DNA of 64,000 bases from a virus, in the IMG/VR virus record IMGVR_UViG_3300023548_000002, positions 9,460-73,459 of that record, one strand, 5' to 3'. Positions 21,095-32,338 of this stretch are shown piece by piece. Under the pieces are notes generated by a model, which had not been told where the DNA came from, did no database searches, and saw only the letters and a program-made list of their open reading frames with translations. Each line of letters begins with the position of its first letter. Position 1 is the stretch's first letter. The position numbers and the translations under genes are program-made.

Positions 21095-21648
21095 TAGTAT
21101 AAATGTTTTAATATTGTTTGTTTTTTATGATAAAGTTCGCCATTTTCTACATAACCAAACCAGTCTAATTGTAATGGATTGGTTGTTAAATCTAACACGG
21201 GGAGATTAAGATAAGATAATACATATTCTGTATTTACCCCGTCTAATTCATTAATTCCTTTAATGGTTTGAATAACACTTACATTTACATTTGTTTCTAC
21301 AATAATCTTAGTTTCTACAATTATTTTAGAAGTGTTTTGCGAAAATAACCTACTGCCTCCAAGAACAGAATTCAGGTTTAATTTTAATTCAAGACCTGTA
21401 ACAGGAGGATTTCCAACAAGTTCAAATACATCTGTTAAAGTTAAAACAGTATTCTCTGGAAGAGTATTTTGTGGAAGTAGATATGTATAAATAGAGCTGG
21501 GAACATTAGAAGCTGGCCCTCCCGAAGTATTATCGTTCAATATAACAGAAGTCCCATTATCCCCTGGACTTCCTGGGTCTCCTTGGGGACCCTGAGGACC
21601 TACAATAGAGTCAGGTAATGGTAATTGTTCATCACAAGTTGTACACAT
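21094..21648 (-). CDS. collagen-like fibre protein
   Basis: GPQGPQGDPGSPGDNG Gly-X-Y run after an N-terminal CxxC. Confidence 0.65.
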   Translation of the reverse strand: MCTTCDEQLPLPDSIVGPQGPQGDPGSPGDNGTSVILNDNTSGGPASNVPSSIYTYLLPQNTLPENTVLTLTDVFELVGNPPVTGLELKLNLNSVLGGSRLFSQNTSKIIVETKIIVETNVNVSVIQTIKGINELDGVNTEYVLSYLNLPVLDLTTNPLQLDWFGYVENGELYHKKQTILKHLY

Positions 21649-21659
21649 AGTCTTTTATT

Positions 21660-22217
21660 TTAACAAGAAGCGCAACTACTGTTGCATAACTTCTGTAATT
21701 TATCAATATAATATTTTATATCAGTTTCTGAACTACAAGCAGCTAATCCTCTGCTTATTCCACGATATAACATTTCAGCTTCTAATAAAGAAGTGTCCAT
21801 CTCTACACATCTATCACAAGTAGAAATGTAACTACTCCATTTGTTATCTAAGCAACAGCGTATGTTACAAAGGTTTATAAATTTAATAGTTTTTTCCGAT
21901 GTAAAAGGATTTCCACTTTGAGAACCTGTTACTGAATAAGTTATAGTATATAAGCCGTCAGCTACTGTGGTAGGGGTTATTGCAGGAAATACAATCTCTC
22001 CTGTTACTATACTTGGTAGATTTGAAGTTTCGTCAATAATGTCTTGTGTTCCGTCAGGATAAGTAATAGTTATTGTTGCTGAGGTTATATCAGTAATATC
22101 AGGGTTGGGTGTTCCATATCCCTCTGTATTACCTGCTGAATATGGTAAGGTAATATCAGTAACAATAATATCTTTACAGCTATCTATTCGGGCTTTGATG
22201 TTTACTTGTAGTGCCAT
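21660..22217 (-). CDS. tail hub-like protein
   Basis: Ig-like N-part with DGLYTITY and Cys-rich C-terminus; synteny. Confidence 0.55.
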   Translation of the reverse strand: MALQVNIKARIDSCKDIIVTDITLPYSAGNTEGYGTPNPDITDITSATITITYPDGTQDIIDETSNLPSIVTGEIVFPAITPTTVADGLYTITYSVTGSQSGNPFTSEKTIKFINLCNIRCCLDNKWSSYISTCDRCVEMDTSLLEAEMLYRGISRGLAACSSETDIKYYIDKLQKLCNSSCASC

Positions 22218-22222
22218 AAACT

Positions 22223-22262
22223 AAAAGATAAAAGAGAGAGAGGGTAAAAATCCCCTCTCTCA
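22223..22262 (-). terminator. intrinsic terminator after auxiliary capsid gene
   Basis: gagagaggg/ccctctctc stem followed by a T-rich tract on the minus strand. Confidence 0.65.
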
Positions 22263-22268
22263 TTTTGA

Positions 22269-23438
22269 TTATAGAGTTGCTAATAGTATGGAAGTTCCGT
22301 AGGTTGCATCAGTTGCCCAATTAGGACCTGCTGATGGAGCAGCCACGGTAATAACCATAGGATTGTTGATTACTTGTAGAGTAGATTTCTCAGTTTCAGC
22401 AATTTCCAATACATATTGGTCATAGGTTTCTCCAGCTACTGCATTTAGCTTAGCAGGGAAAATGTTTGGTTCACCAACTCGGAAGAACTCTCCGAAGTTA
22501 CCTACTTCAAACCATTCTTGCTCAGCTATTTGCTCGTAGGTACCTCTACCTTCAGAAGCAGGAGTATTAACTACTGGAGTGGTTCCAAAGCTGGCAGAAT
22601 CTAAAGCTATATTCCAGCGAGCTTTTTTGTAATTAAATCGTCCTAAACGGAAAGCCAAAGGTTTACCTTGTAAGAAGATTCCCCAGTTGGCAGTAGCAGC
22701 GGCAGCAGCATTATACCAATCGTAAGAGGCGGCATTTATAGAAGGTCCTTGGTAAGGCATATTGATTTTTACGTCATTACCTACAATAGCTTCTACTTTG
22801 TAATGTCCACCACCTACTACGATTACATCTCCTACTACCCCTGCAAAAGCAGCCCCTAAGGTAATGTAGTTACTGCCTGAAGTAGCAGCAGCAGTAGTTA
22901 AAACGTTGGTTAATACAGCATCCGAAATAGCACGGATATACATAGGTTGCTCAGCTTCTCGCTCTAAGTTACGAATACCACTTTTTACTAAACCAAAAGC
23001 AATTTCTTCTTGAGTAGCTGTAGGGTCTGACTTGTAGGTCATATCCTTAACATATACTCCACCATGATTCTGCACAATGGTTTCTTTAATCATTAATGAT
23101 ATTCGATAAACTGTTGAGCTGTTTACTGTAATAGCCCCTGAGGTACCATCGTATCCAATATAGGTAGTTTGTTCTGCAGGAGCAGCATAGGCAGCATTAG
23201 TAACCTTTACAATGTCTGCTTTATTAATCATACCACTTTGCAATAATTCACCATCTACATTGGCTACAATTTTAAAACGGTTTGTGGTAGGGAAGGTTGT
23301 GTTGGTTAAACGAACACCTGCACCATTGAAGATGCCTACTTCGCCATCTACAAGAGAAAGCACGTCAGCACCTAAAGCACCTGTTACATTCTTACCAACA
23401 AAAATTTTTCCTACATCTTTTTGATTGTTTGTTCTCAT
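22269..23438 (-). CDS. auxiliary capsid/major structural protein
   Basis: 389 aa, Ala/Gly-rich; GTYEQIAEQEWF motif; own terminator; conserved position after MCP cluster. Confidence 0.65.
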   Translation of the reverse strand: MRTNNQKDVGKIFVGKNVTGALGADVLSLVDGEVGIFNGAGVRLTNTTFPTTNRFKIVANVDGELLQSGMINKADIVKVTNAAYAAPAEQTTYIGYDGTSGAITVNSSTVYRISLMIKETIVQNHGGVYVKDMTYKSDPTATQEEIAFGLVKSGIRNLEREAEQPMYIRAISDAVLTNVLTTAAATSGSNYITLGAAFAGVVGDVIVVGGGHYKVEAIVGNDVKINMPYQGPSINAASYDWYNAAAAATANWGIFLQGKPLAFRLGRFNYKKARWNIALDSASFGTTPVVNTPASEGRGTYEQIAEQEWFEVGNFGEFFRVGEPNIFPAKLNAVAGETYDQYVLEIAETEKSTLQVINNPMVITVAAPSAGPNWATDATYGTSILLATL

Positions 23439-23466
23439 TTTTGTCTGAATTTAGTTAAACTTAAAT

Positions 23467-24183
23467 TTAATTATTAATCTTTTCTTCCGTTACTTTTATC
23501 TGATATTCTTGTGGAGTTGTAGAAGCTATAGCTAATCTCACTGCCGTATCTACAATCTCTTGATGAGCTGCCTCTCCAAACTCACTGTCTTGTTGTCCAC
23601 TGGTAGTTCCATCGCCAGTAAAAGGGACGATAGGTAATGGTTCTTTTATATACCATAAACGATATTCGGATACGGTTGTATTACTTGGAAATATAAGTTC
23701 CGTTCTTTTCGTGCCAGAATCTTGTGAATAATATAACTCCCAAATATAATCATCTGCTGTTCCTTCTACTTTTGGTTTTTTATATGGATTGTTTTTTAAA
23801 ATCGCATATCTGTTTTCTGTAATAAGCTTTACTCTTACTGGTTGGTTTTGATAACATAAGTCAGTAGTGGTTACTATAACTTCTGCATCCAATGGGTATT
23901 TTAAATCCGAAGGTAGTGCATAAAATACTCCTCCTGCTCTTACTCCTATTTGATTTGCTAATGGAGTAGTAGTAGAATAGTATCGCTTTAATTCTTTGTA
24001 CTCCTCAATACTCTTAGTATTCTTTTCAAACCCTTCATTTATCTTAAAAGCTCTCTTTAATAAAATGTCCTGAGCCTTTGTTAATAGTATAGACTTCTCC
24101 TGGTCTGTGAAACCAGGAGTGTCTATACTTGGAACACGGTCTAACAAGACATCAAACTGATATGCCATTTCATTAGCGTCCAT
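23467..24183 (-). CDS. head-tail ring protein
   Basis: EKSILLTKAQ, NPYKKP, HQEIVDTAV motifs. Confidence 0.65.
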   Translation of the reverse strand: MDANEMAYQFDVLLDRVPSIDTPGFTDQEKSILLTKAQDILLKRAFKINEGFEKNTKSIEEYKELKRYYSTTTPLANQIGVRAGGVFYALPSDLKYPLDAEVIVTTTDLCYQNQPVRVKLITENRYAILKNNPYKKPKVEGTADDYIWELYYSQDSGTKRTELIFPSNTTVSEYRLWYIKEPLPIVPFTGDGTTSGQQDSEFGEAAHQEIVDTAVRLAIASTTPQEYQIKVTEEKINN

Positions 24184-25024
24184 CTTCTTTCTTCTCTATT
24201 TTCGCTGTTAATGTTAAGAGAATTTCTTGATTCTCAGGACTTGCAATATATTTAGCAGCAGTTACTAATGTTGGAGACTCTCCTTTATTACACAACATGT
24301 CTCCTGTTGGTAATAAAAATTTGGTTCCTTCTTTCTTTACAAACCCATATCTTACTGCTTTTAATAATATAAGCTTCTCATTAAATAAAGGGTCATCACA
24401 GGTGGCTAAAAAGCCATCAACATCATGTTCAATGATATTATCAATTTCTGCAATTAATGCGTCTTTTGACAATGTGTCAGCAGGACGTCGCCCATATACA
24501 ATTAAGAAATCTCGTAATTTAGTTTTACTTTCTTCTAAAGCTAATGCTTGTTGGTATGCACGTTTAATCTTCTTACTTTTAGATACCCGTGCATCAATTC
24601 TTTCTTCTTCCGAAGTAATGTAATAAATATAAGTAGCTTTATCAAATTTCGATGATTCATCTGGAGCTACCAAATCTCTATTCGATAGTAATATTTTGTA
24701 TCGAATATAATCCTCTGGATTGCTTAAATCCAGCTGATAAGTTTTATCTGATAATTTTACCACTGCTTTTTTTGATGTCCAGAAATTGTTCTTTTGACGA
24801 TGTGGAGACAAAGTTCCTTCGTCCAATCCCATAGCTTTTTCAAGCTCTTTTTGTTCTTCGGAAGAGAGAACAGTTACCAAGGAGCCCATACGACTCCTTG
24901 GTACTGTAAACTCATTTGTTATTCCTGGCATCATAAAATATGCGATGTGGCTTGGGTCTTTAACCATACCTCTTGCTCGCTTGATAGGTACAACCTTTAC
25001 TTTTTTTGGTTTTAAATATTTCAT
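24173..25024 (-). CDS. conserved capsid-module protein immediately after MCP
   Basis: NNFW..LDLSNPEDYIRYKILL motif; synteny. Confidence 0.65.
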   Translation of the reverse strand: MKYLKPKKVKVVPIKRARGMVKDPSHIAYFMMPGITNEFTVPRSRMGSLVTVLSSEEQKELEKAMGLDEGTLSPHRQKNNFWTSKKAVVKLSDKTYQLDLSNPEDYIRYKILLSNRDLVAPDESSKFDKATYIYYITSEEERIDARVSKSKKIKRAYQQALALEESKTKLRDFLIVYGRRPADTLSKDALIAEIDNIIEHDVDGFLATCDDPLFNEKLILLKAVRYGFVKKEGTKFLLPTGDMLCNKGESPTLVTAAKYIASPENQEILLTLTAKIEKKEDGR

Positions 25025-25049
25025 ATCTCTCTGTTTATATGGTTATTTA

Positions 25050-26516
25050 TTAAAGAACATTAGGAATAAAATGGATAGATTTCGATGGGTCAAACACCAT
25101 TACTCCACCACAGTAGAATTTATGCTCTTCCCATCCATCTTTAGAAGTTCCAATAGCCGAAATAGCTGAATCTGGGTCGAAAGGATTTCGTAATCCTGGA
25201 ATATACTTGTGGATAATGAAATCTTGACCCTTAACAGCAGCTTTTTGGATATTTGGTTCTCCATCAGTAGTTCCTACATCATACACATCGTATCGATAAG
25301 ATTCTGCTACTCCTCCATCTGGATGTGGAATTTTATTACGGTTACGGTTGTCATACATTGAGTCAATAGATAAGTTGAACTTAATCATATTTGGTCCAAT
25401 GTATTCAACAAATTGACCTCCATATCCTTTACCCATTTTAGCAAAATCTGTTTGGGTTTTATAGATACGGTCCATATCACGGTTGGGAACGAATAACTGA
25501 GTATGGTTCTCAAGAGCTACGTGGAACTGAACAGCTCCTCGTTCACCTGTACGAGCCATAAAGTTTCGCTCATCAAACCCTAATCGACCCTCAGACATAT
25601 CTAACAAGCGATTAGATAGTGTTTGAATATCAAAGGTATTGTAAGTGGAAGTGTAAGAAACTTCAGTTTGCTCACGTAATCCAGAACCTTCTACAATTTC
25701 ATAACCACTCTTACCTCGTTGTAAGTAGCTACCGTTAGCAGTTCGGTTGCTGGTTCCAAAGTGTAACAATCGGTTAATATCTTCACGGAACTCAATATCG
25801 AATTTATATGATTCGTAATGAGTCCATACAGCGAATTTCTTACCACCTTTAGTTACTACTTCGGTACCCATTTTACGGTTCTTAATGTTACCTGGAGTAG
25901 TCTTCTCTGCACGAATTTGTGAGAAGGCATTACGCATAGAAATATGAGATTGGAATTTAATCTCACGTCCTCGTTCCGATAAGGTACGCTCTACAGGAGC
26001 ATATTCACGAGAAAATAATTGTCCCCCTGAAATCTCATCGTAAGGCAAAAACAAGTTAGCATCTCCTGTTAATAACTCGCAAGTATATACAGTAAGATTA
26101 CCGTCTTTGGCTACAGATTTGATTAAGATGGGATATTTCTCATTTTTCTCTCCTACGATTTTTTCTCCTTCAGAGAACCAATCGGCAGCGAATACAAGTT
26201 GGAACTCAGAGTAACCCAATCCTGCTTTATCGGCAGGAGTTACAGGAACTCCATCAATACGGGCTTCTACTAAAGGAATGTTGTCAATCATTTGTGAATA
26301 CAATTCCCAATAGTAGTCTCGGTCATCATCAAAATACTTAACCCCATATTTCGATAATAAAGAGTCAATATCCTGACCGAAGTTTTTTTCTTGAATAAGC
26401 TGTATAAGCTTTGATGCCTTTTGAGGACTTTGAGCAAAGATTGCTCCTAAGTGATTCTCCGTGGTAAGCCCTTTCCACGAAGTGGCATCAGTCATTTGTA
26501 ATGGACTAATTTTCAT
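25050..26516 (-). CDS. major capsid protein (HK97 fold, crAss-like)
   Basis: 488 aa; WKGLTTENHLG, GSGLREQ, TGERG..FH, HPDGG motifs; follows portal and scaffold. Confidence 0.85.
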   Translation of the reverse strand: MKISPLQMTDATSWKGLTTENHLGAIFAQSPQKASKLIQLIQEKNFGQDIDSLLSKYGVKYFDDDRDYYWELYSQMIDNIPLVEARIDGVPVTPADKAGLGYSEFQLVFAADWFSEGEKIVGEKNEKYPILIKSVAKDGNLTVYTCELLTGDANLFLPYDEISGGQLFSREYAPVERTLSERGREIKFQSHISMRNAFSQIRAEKTTPGNIKNRKMGTEVVTKGGKKFAVWTHYESYKFDIEFREDINRLLHFGTSNRTANGSYLQRGKSGYEIVEGSGLREQTEVSYTSTYNTFDIQTLSNRLLDMSEGRLGFDERNFMARTGERGAVQFHVALENHTQLFVPNRDMDRIYKTQTDFAKMGKGYGGQFVEYIGPNMIKFNLSIDSMYDNRNRNKIPHPDGGVAESYRYDVYDVGTTDGEPNIQKAAVKGQDFIIHKYIPGLRNPFDPDSAISAIGTSKDGWEEHKFYCGGVMVFDPSKSIHFIPNVL

Positions 26517-26549
26517 TGTTCTATTTGATTTTAACGATTAATTACTAAT

Positions 26550-27641
26550 TTATTCAACTAAGTCATCTAAGTTGTCAAGTAACTCTTTAACATCCTTAGA
26601 TACTATTTTCTTTGGACTACCTGGCTTAAAATGCTCGCCACTTTTTATCATCTTATCCAATTCATCAATAGCACTGGATTTAATTGGTGCCTTGATATTC
26701 TCAAGCTTGGTAAATCCATCAGTTTGGACATACAAGTAAGCTAACACTTTCTCTACTTCATGTCCTTTTTCTTTACGTAGTGCATCAATAGCATTAATTG
26801 GCACTCCATTTTCTTCTTTTACAGGGGTTGTCATTACTTCAAAGATTTTCTCACGAGCCTTTGAAGGAACTTTTATCCCTGGAATTATTTCTTCAGACTT
26901 CAATATCTCTTCTTTTAATTTAGAAAGCTTTTCTTCTTCTTCTTTCTTTTTAGCTTCTAACTCTTTTTGTTTTTCTTTAGCTTTCTCTGATAAGAGATTT
27001 TTAGCCTTTTCTCTCAATACTTCGTATGCCTGAGAAGCTACTACTTCCATATTCCCTGTCTTCTTTTTAGTTTCTACAAGCTCTTGGATAGCATCATCTT
27101 CTACTCCCTTCATCTTGTAGTATTGGTATAATATCCCTTCTTGTATTGCAGGGTCAGAAGCTACTACTTCTGGCGTAATTTTATTTGTTAATACATCCTC
27201 AATTTTTAAAGCTGCTTTAACTTCTTCTTCAGGAACTCCTACACGTATAGCATCTAAATATTTACGTTGCGCCTCAGTAAGTCCATCATACTCAGATGCT
27301 GTTACAGCTTTCTTTAAAGTTTCTACTAAATCCTTAGCGGACTTAATATTTTCCATCTCTTCCTGAGTAAGAGAAACCCCCTCTTCTTTCAGAGCGGAAG
27401 CAAGAGTTTGAAACAGAGAGATATTACTGTCATCAGAGGGGGTACTCTCAGCGGAAGATGTTTCTTCAGTTTCTTCTTCCTTATCTTGAGGTGAGGATGT
27501 CTCATTATTATTTAAAGAACGTTCCTCTGTTTCCTCACTTCCTTTCTCTTGAGTTTCTTTATCTTCTTGTTCAGTTGGTTCTTCTACAGCCCGCTCAAGT
27601 TCTGTAAAATCCAACTCATCTAAAAAATTGTTACCTTCCAT
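26550..27641 (-). CDS. putative scaffolding protein
   Basis: acidic, coiled-coil-rich ORF between portal and MCP. Confidence 0.6.
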   Translation of the reverse strand: MEGNNFLDELDFTELERAVEEPTEQEDKETQEKGSEETEERSLNNNETSSPQDKEEETEETSSAESTPSDDSNISLFQTLASALKEEGVSLTQEEMENIKSAKDLVETLKKAVTASEYDGLTEAQRKYLDAIRVGVPEEEVKAALKIEDVLTNKITPEVVASDPAIQEGILYQYYKMKGVEDDAIQELVETKKKTGNMEVVASQAYEVLREKAKNLLSEKAKEKQKELEAKKKEEEEKLSKLKEEILKSEEIIPGIKVPSKAREKIFEVMTTPVKEENGVPINAIDALRKEKGHEVEKVLAYLYVQTDGFTKLENIKAPIKSSAIDELDKMIKSGEHFKPGSPKKIVSKDVKELLDNLDDLVE

Positions 27642-27645
27642 ATGT

Positions 27646-27653
27646 CAAATATA
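27646..27653 (-). promoter_or_regulatory. Bacteroidota-type -7 promoter element
   Basis: TATATTTG on minus strand a few nt upstream of the scaffold ATG. Confidence 0.5.
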
Positions 27654-27673
27654 TTTGTTTAGTTTATATCTTG

Positions 27674-30055
27674 TTACTTTTTTTGTTTGATTTTCTTCTC
27701 CTCAATAGATATTTTCTTTTCTTCTAACTTTCTGTCTTTTTCTTTTTCTTTACTTTCGTGCTCTAATTTCATTCTTAGTTGTTTCTCTTGTGCTTGTGCT
27801 TTAATTCGCTCTTTATCTAATTCAGTATAATCATTAATACCATCATTATCTAAATCTTGGTCTTCTGTTTTTGCTTGAATTCTTATTAGCTCACGCTCAG
27901 TAGCTTTATTTTCTTTCAAAGTAATAAGCTCTTTTTGGAAAGCTCTTTCCTCTTGAATTTTCTTTTGCTCAGCTTCTGCTTGCGCTTGTGCTGCTTTCTG
28001 TTGCTCTTCTTTTGCTTGGTCTTGTAATAACTCAAGCTTGCGTTTTCTTTCAGCAATACTATCTGTTTGTAATATGTCAATAAATGTGGCGAAGTTGAGC
28101 ATGCCATTTTGAAATCCTGCATGTGCTAATTGTTCGATAGCATTATCAATCTTCATTGTCTTAGTAGAAGAGTCAATAGTTATATCCCATTCAATAGGAT
28201 TGATTTGGTCTATATTTACTTCTACTAATTGTGAGGTAAAGTCATCTAATACTACCTCAAGTTTTTTAGTTCCCTTCCATGCTAATTTAGCAGTTAATAA
28301 TCCTGCTAACATTACTCGAGCTTTTAAATAATCATGCTCCATAAAATAGTATTCAGTAATATGATTGGATTGAACTATTTGTCTTTCGGTATTTCCTACA
28401 AGCTCACTGGCACTTATCTGCCCCTCTCTTGCTCGTGTTACTCCTAATACATTACCTATCTTTTGTTCAATAAGCCCTGCTAATTGCACGTACATATCCA
28501 AACTCTGCCCTACTTCCATATCTATTACAGGGGTATTTTGTTGTAACCCCCCTGAAATTTTACCTATAGCTGCACCCTTTTTCCCTTCTTTAAATAGGTC
28601 AGTGGGAACGGCTTTGAAAGTCTTAGCGTAAGCTATCCATTTATCTATATCCCATCCATCAGGAACTTCATGTAAAGGAACTTTAAGTATCTTACCCCAA
28701 TTCGTAGCAATGAGATTTTCAATGTTATTCATTACTACATTGTAAAGATACTGATAGGGTTTTCCTTTATCCATAAAGGATAATGCTCGTTGATTATTGG
28801 TAGTATAAATTGTTCCAATTATCCCTGGATAGGCAATACTTAGATTGAGCATGCTACGATATTGAACAGGCTTAATACGTATCTTAGTGTAAATGGCTTT
28901 TTGATTTGGAAGGCATATTTTATGTCCTTCCCACCATTCATTTACCCATAATACCTCAGCTGTTTCCCCAGGTTTTAATTTGTAAAATTCTGGACGTATC
29001 TCTTTTATTTCTTCTCCTAAGGGTGAGTATGATGTTACTTTAAGTAGTTTTCTTCGACTCTTCCAATACACTTTTACTACTCTTAAATTACCATTGTTAT
29101 CAATTGGAGAGAGTGATGGATTAAATTTAGTGTTAAATGCAGCACTGTCTAAGTTATCTTCAATGATAGCTATTTCTTTGGGGTCTAACATTGGTCCTGG
29201 GTCAGAACCTCCAAAACTGGCACTATACCCTAATGACGCCTCTTCGATTAAATCAATCTCTTTCTGCGTTAAGAACTCAAAATATTCATCTTGTATCTGT
29301 CCTGGAGATTTATATCCGTCAATAACAATGATGTCAGAATCTTCAATATAGTTACTCTCTCCACTTAATACCGTATGAACATTTAATGGGTTGAGTTTGA
29401 ATAATCGAGGCTCATTTGATATAATGTCCCATTGGTAGATTTCTTCAGAAGAGATTAGTGCATCTTTAAATCCTTGGTTGAACTTTATTTTGAATTGCTC
29501 TTTTTGCTCTAAATGTTTGATAATATGTGTTCCATACATTTCTCTGAAGTCCTTTCTTGTAAACTTCATATACTTATGGAACTTGTCTATCTGCTCTTTT
29601 AGTTCATGTTCTGGTAAATCTTCTTGTGCAAGTTTTAAAATGAACTTTCTAAATTCATCAAACTCAGCTAATTTCTTCTCTTGTAATATATCTGGATTAA
29701 CTATTTTCAATCGCCAATCAAAAAATCTTTTCCGCTCTTCTCCAATTAATACATCAATCTTTGGGTTAACTAAGGGATAGTTCTGTATCTTTACAGGAGA
29801 GTATTGCAGTCCCAATTTGTATGGGTCAGCAATCCTCTTCATATCTTCCTCCTGCACTATGTCAGAGTATAAATCGTAGTTGATTTTCTTATTTACATAA
29901 CTTTGACGCAGTGTATGCTCCGAATAAACAGCCATGTATTCTCCTGCATCTATGCAGTCCATTTGCCATTTTTTCGTCTTTTGCGTAAGCCCTTTCTTCT
30001 GTGCAGGAAAACTTACTGAGTTTAATGTGGATATCGAACGAATCATAAAACGCAA
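27674..30055 (-). CDS. portal protein
   Basis: FPAQK, NYDLY, IQNYP..PKIDVLIGEE, VYWKS, REGQISASELVGN motifs; C-terminal coiled coil; likely ATG at 30046. Confidence 0.85.
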   Translation of the reverse strand: MRFMIRSISTLNSVSFPAQKKGLTQKTKKWQMDCIDAGEYMAVYSEHTLRQSYVNKKINYDLYSDIVQEEDMKRIADPYKLGLQYSPVKIQNYPLVNPKIDVLIGEERKRFFDWRLKIVNPDILQEKKLAEFDEFRKFILKLAQEDLPEHELKEQIDKFHKYMKFTRKDFREMYGTHIIKHLEQKEQFKIKFNQGFKDALISSEEIYQWDIISNEPRLFKLNPLNVHTVLSGESNYIEDSDIIVIDGYKSPGQIQDEYFEFLTQKEIDLIEEASLGYSASFGGSDPGPMLDPKEIAIIEDNLDSAAFNTKFNPSLSPIDNNGNLRVVKVYWKSRRKLLKVTSYSPLGEEIKEIRPEFYKLKPGETAEVLWVNEWWEGHKICLPNQKAIYTKIRIKPVQYRSMLNLSIAYPGIIGTIYTTNNQRALSFMDKGKPYQYLYNVVMNNIENLIATNWGKILKVPLHEVPDGWDIDKWIAYAKTFKAVPTDLFKEGKKGAAIGKISGGLQQNTPVIDMEVGQSLDMYVQLAGLIEQKIGNVLGVTRAREGQISASELVGNTERQIVQSNHITEYYFMEHDYLKARVMLAGLLTAKLAWKGTKKLEVVLDDFTSQLVEVNIDQINPIEWDITIDSSTKTMKIDNAIEQLAHAGFQNGMLNFATFIDILQTDSIAERKRKLELLQDQAKEEQQKAAQAQAEAEQKKIQEERAFQKELITLKENKATERELIRIQAKTEDQDLDNDGINDYTELDKERIKAQAQEKQLRMKLEHESKEKEKDRKLEEKKISIEEKKIKQKK

Positions 30056-30085
30056 TTATACGAATTTATTACTAATCTTTTATAT

Positions 30086-32338
30086 TTATAGTTGTGAAAA
30101 AAATGAATTTCTTGGTTTGTTATGGATGTTTTTCTTTAATAGATTGTTGAAGAACTGTGAATTTAATTCTACTTCTTTCCCCTCTTCCATTATTCGTTCA
30201 CTTATCTTTTCTCTATCAGCTTTTAATATCATCAACATACCCATAGCAGATACACGGTCAGCATTGATGTCTGGTGTCCATTTAATTAACTCATTCAACA
30301 ATCCAATGCTTCTTATGGTATGTAGATTTAATACTGTTTCTTCTTCATTTGTCCCTTCTACTACATAGGCTTTATCTAATAACCAATCTGCTAATAGTCT
30401 TCGTGCAAAGGAATTGATTTTCTTCCCAGAGTTGGTTCCCTTCTTTTTATTTCCATAGTAATTGGGTTTCATCATCTGCATACTCTTCAATATTTCTGGA
30501 TTGTCTGCTAAGTAATGCAATGAATTTCTTCTATCCATATAGGCAAAAAACCCCTTCTTGTCATTCTCATAGTTACAAATAGCATTGTAATACATCAATA
30601 GTCTTCGACATATTTCATAGAATTCATTTGCTGTTCTTGGTCTTCCTGTGTATTCCGCTACTATTCTCTCTGTTACTGAATCCATTACAAAAATACTACC
30701 TAATGAGTTAGTGGTAGAACTGTCGTCATCAAAGGGGTCCATTCCTGCTATGTATCTACCGAAGGGTATATCCTTAGCATCAGTATATGGTTTTTCAAAT
30801 ATTTCTACTGCTCCATGCTTATTTAGATTATCCTTCAATGGAAAATCCCGTATGGGTTCTTTTTCTACGGTAGAATCAAGCTCTACTCCTTTCTTAGTTA
30901 CTACTAAATCTCCTACAAAATGTCCTGCTACAAAACTTTGTAAATTTGGAGAGATATCTGCTAAATAAGCTTTTAAATCTCCTACAGGGAATAAACTTCC
31001 TTCTTTACGCATTAAAGCGTCCTGTGGGTAAATAGGACGTTCTGCTTTTGCTTGGATAATATCATTGGGGTCGGCATTAGCATCTCTTAGTCTTTGTATT
31101 CTAAATAGCTCGTCTATTATCGCTTGTATTACATCAGAGTTTCCATCTTTATCCATACACCCTCGCATATTCATATACACAGGGTGAAAGAAAGCACTCT
31201 GCGTAGCAGAGGAGTTTACTCCTTTATCCCATACATTCGGAAGGGGTAAAATATTAAATGCCGAGGGTCCGTAAAAGAACTTCTGCGCTCCTTCAAAATT
31301 AGCTCCTTCCGTCCCTCCTGTTCCCCAAGTTATCATCAGTCCAAAGGCAATGCCGTCTTCTTCTACCGAAGGTCTGGCTATTTGCCAAGCAGTTACTACA
31401 TTAGGGAATTTTCCGTTCTCTTCCCATAATACATAACTACCACGTTTACCCCGTGCTTTCTGTGGGTCATTCATTAAACTTACACCTATTACTTCATTGA
31501 GGAGTCCTTTCTCTATCTTCTGAGCCTTGTCTATATACCCTAATCTCCAGTGCATATCATGCAAGGAGTCTTTGATTCTTAATCGTGGAAATGGTGTTCT
31601 CTCTGCTAAGAAGTTAATAATATCTTGGAATTTATTTAAAATACCGTCTTTGATAAGATATTCTTTTTCATTAGCTAAGGCATACGCACGTATCTTTTCC
31701 TTAGCTTTTTCTGTATCTCCAAATAGGAAAGCTTTGGCTAATAAACTCCCCCCTTTAAACGAATACCCTTTACCTCGTGATTTTAATATATCTGCATGAC
31801 TCCCTGCTTCTCTTGCTTGGTGTATGTAATGAAAGAATAAATAGTCCCCATCGTAGAAATCAGGGAAGTCCACTACCCGCTGACCTCTTTTCTTCCCTTT
31901 CTCTTTTTGTATTACTTTGATGATTGGTGAGTAATTGAGATAGAAATAAAATTCCCCTGGTATCCACTCCCCGTCTTCTTCTCTTACCATCCCATTATAA
32001 ATACGATGGATTTCTCTTTTCCAGAATTGCATATATTCTGAATTGGGATTTCTTGTGGGAAAGGCTTTGGTGTAACACCCATGTTTTTGATAGTATATGG
32101 CTGCTTGTCGAAAGTAGTCAGTATTTTCTAAAATGTGCGGTTTGGTAACATCTACAATTATCCTCCCTTGTGCATCTCTTGGTAAGTCTTTGGCATAGGG
32201 TCTATCAATACTACTCATGTTTTTAATAAATTCTACCTCGTCTAATATAGTAAGAAACTCTTCCCTAACAAATTTGGGGAAAGAATTAAGTTCATCTTCT
32301 GTAATATGTGTCTGTGTCTTATTAAAGACCATCTTCAA
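30086..32338 (-). CDS. terL: terminase large subunit
   Basis: KSRGKGYS Walker A, WEENG Walker B, GTGG, nuclease AGMDPFDDD..YEND..DRVSAM. Confidence 0.9.
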   Translation of the reverse strand: MKMVFNKTQTHITEDELNSFPKFVREEFLTILDEVEFIKNMSSIDRPYAKDLPRDAQGRIIVDVTKPHILENTDYFRQAAIYYQKHGCYTKAFPTRNPNSEYMQFWKREIHRIYNGMVREEDGEWIPGEFYFYLNYSPIIKVIQKEKGKKRGQRVVDFPDFYDGDYLFFHYIHQAREAGSHADILKSRGKGYSFKGGSLLAKAFLFGDTEKAKEKIRAYALANEKEYLIKDGILNKFQDIINFLAERTPFPRLRIKDSLHDMHWRLGYIDKAQKIEKGLLNEVIGVSLMNDPQKARGKRGSYVLWEENGKFPNVVTAWQIARPSVEEDGIAFGLMITWGTGGTEGANFEGAQKFFYGPSAFNILPLPNVWDKGVNSSATQSAFFHPVYMNMRGCMDKDGNSDVIQAIIDELFRIQRLRDANADPNDIIQAKAERPIYPQDALMRKEGSLFPVGDLKAYLADISPNLQSFVAGHFVGDLVVTKKGVELDSTVEKEPIRDFPLKDNLNKHGAVEIFEKPYTDAKDIPFGRYIAGMDPFDDDSSTTNSLGSIFVMDSVTERIVAEYTGRPRTANEFYEICRRLLMYYNAICNYENDKKGFFAYMDRRNSLHYLADNPEILKSMQMMKPNYYGNKKKGTNSGKKINSFARRLLADWLLDKAYVVEGTNEEETVLNLHTIRSIGLLNELIKWTPDINADRVSAMGMLMILKADREKISERIMEEGKEVELNSQFFNNLLKKNIHNKPRNSFFSQL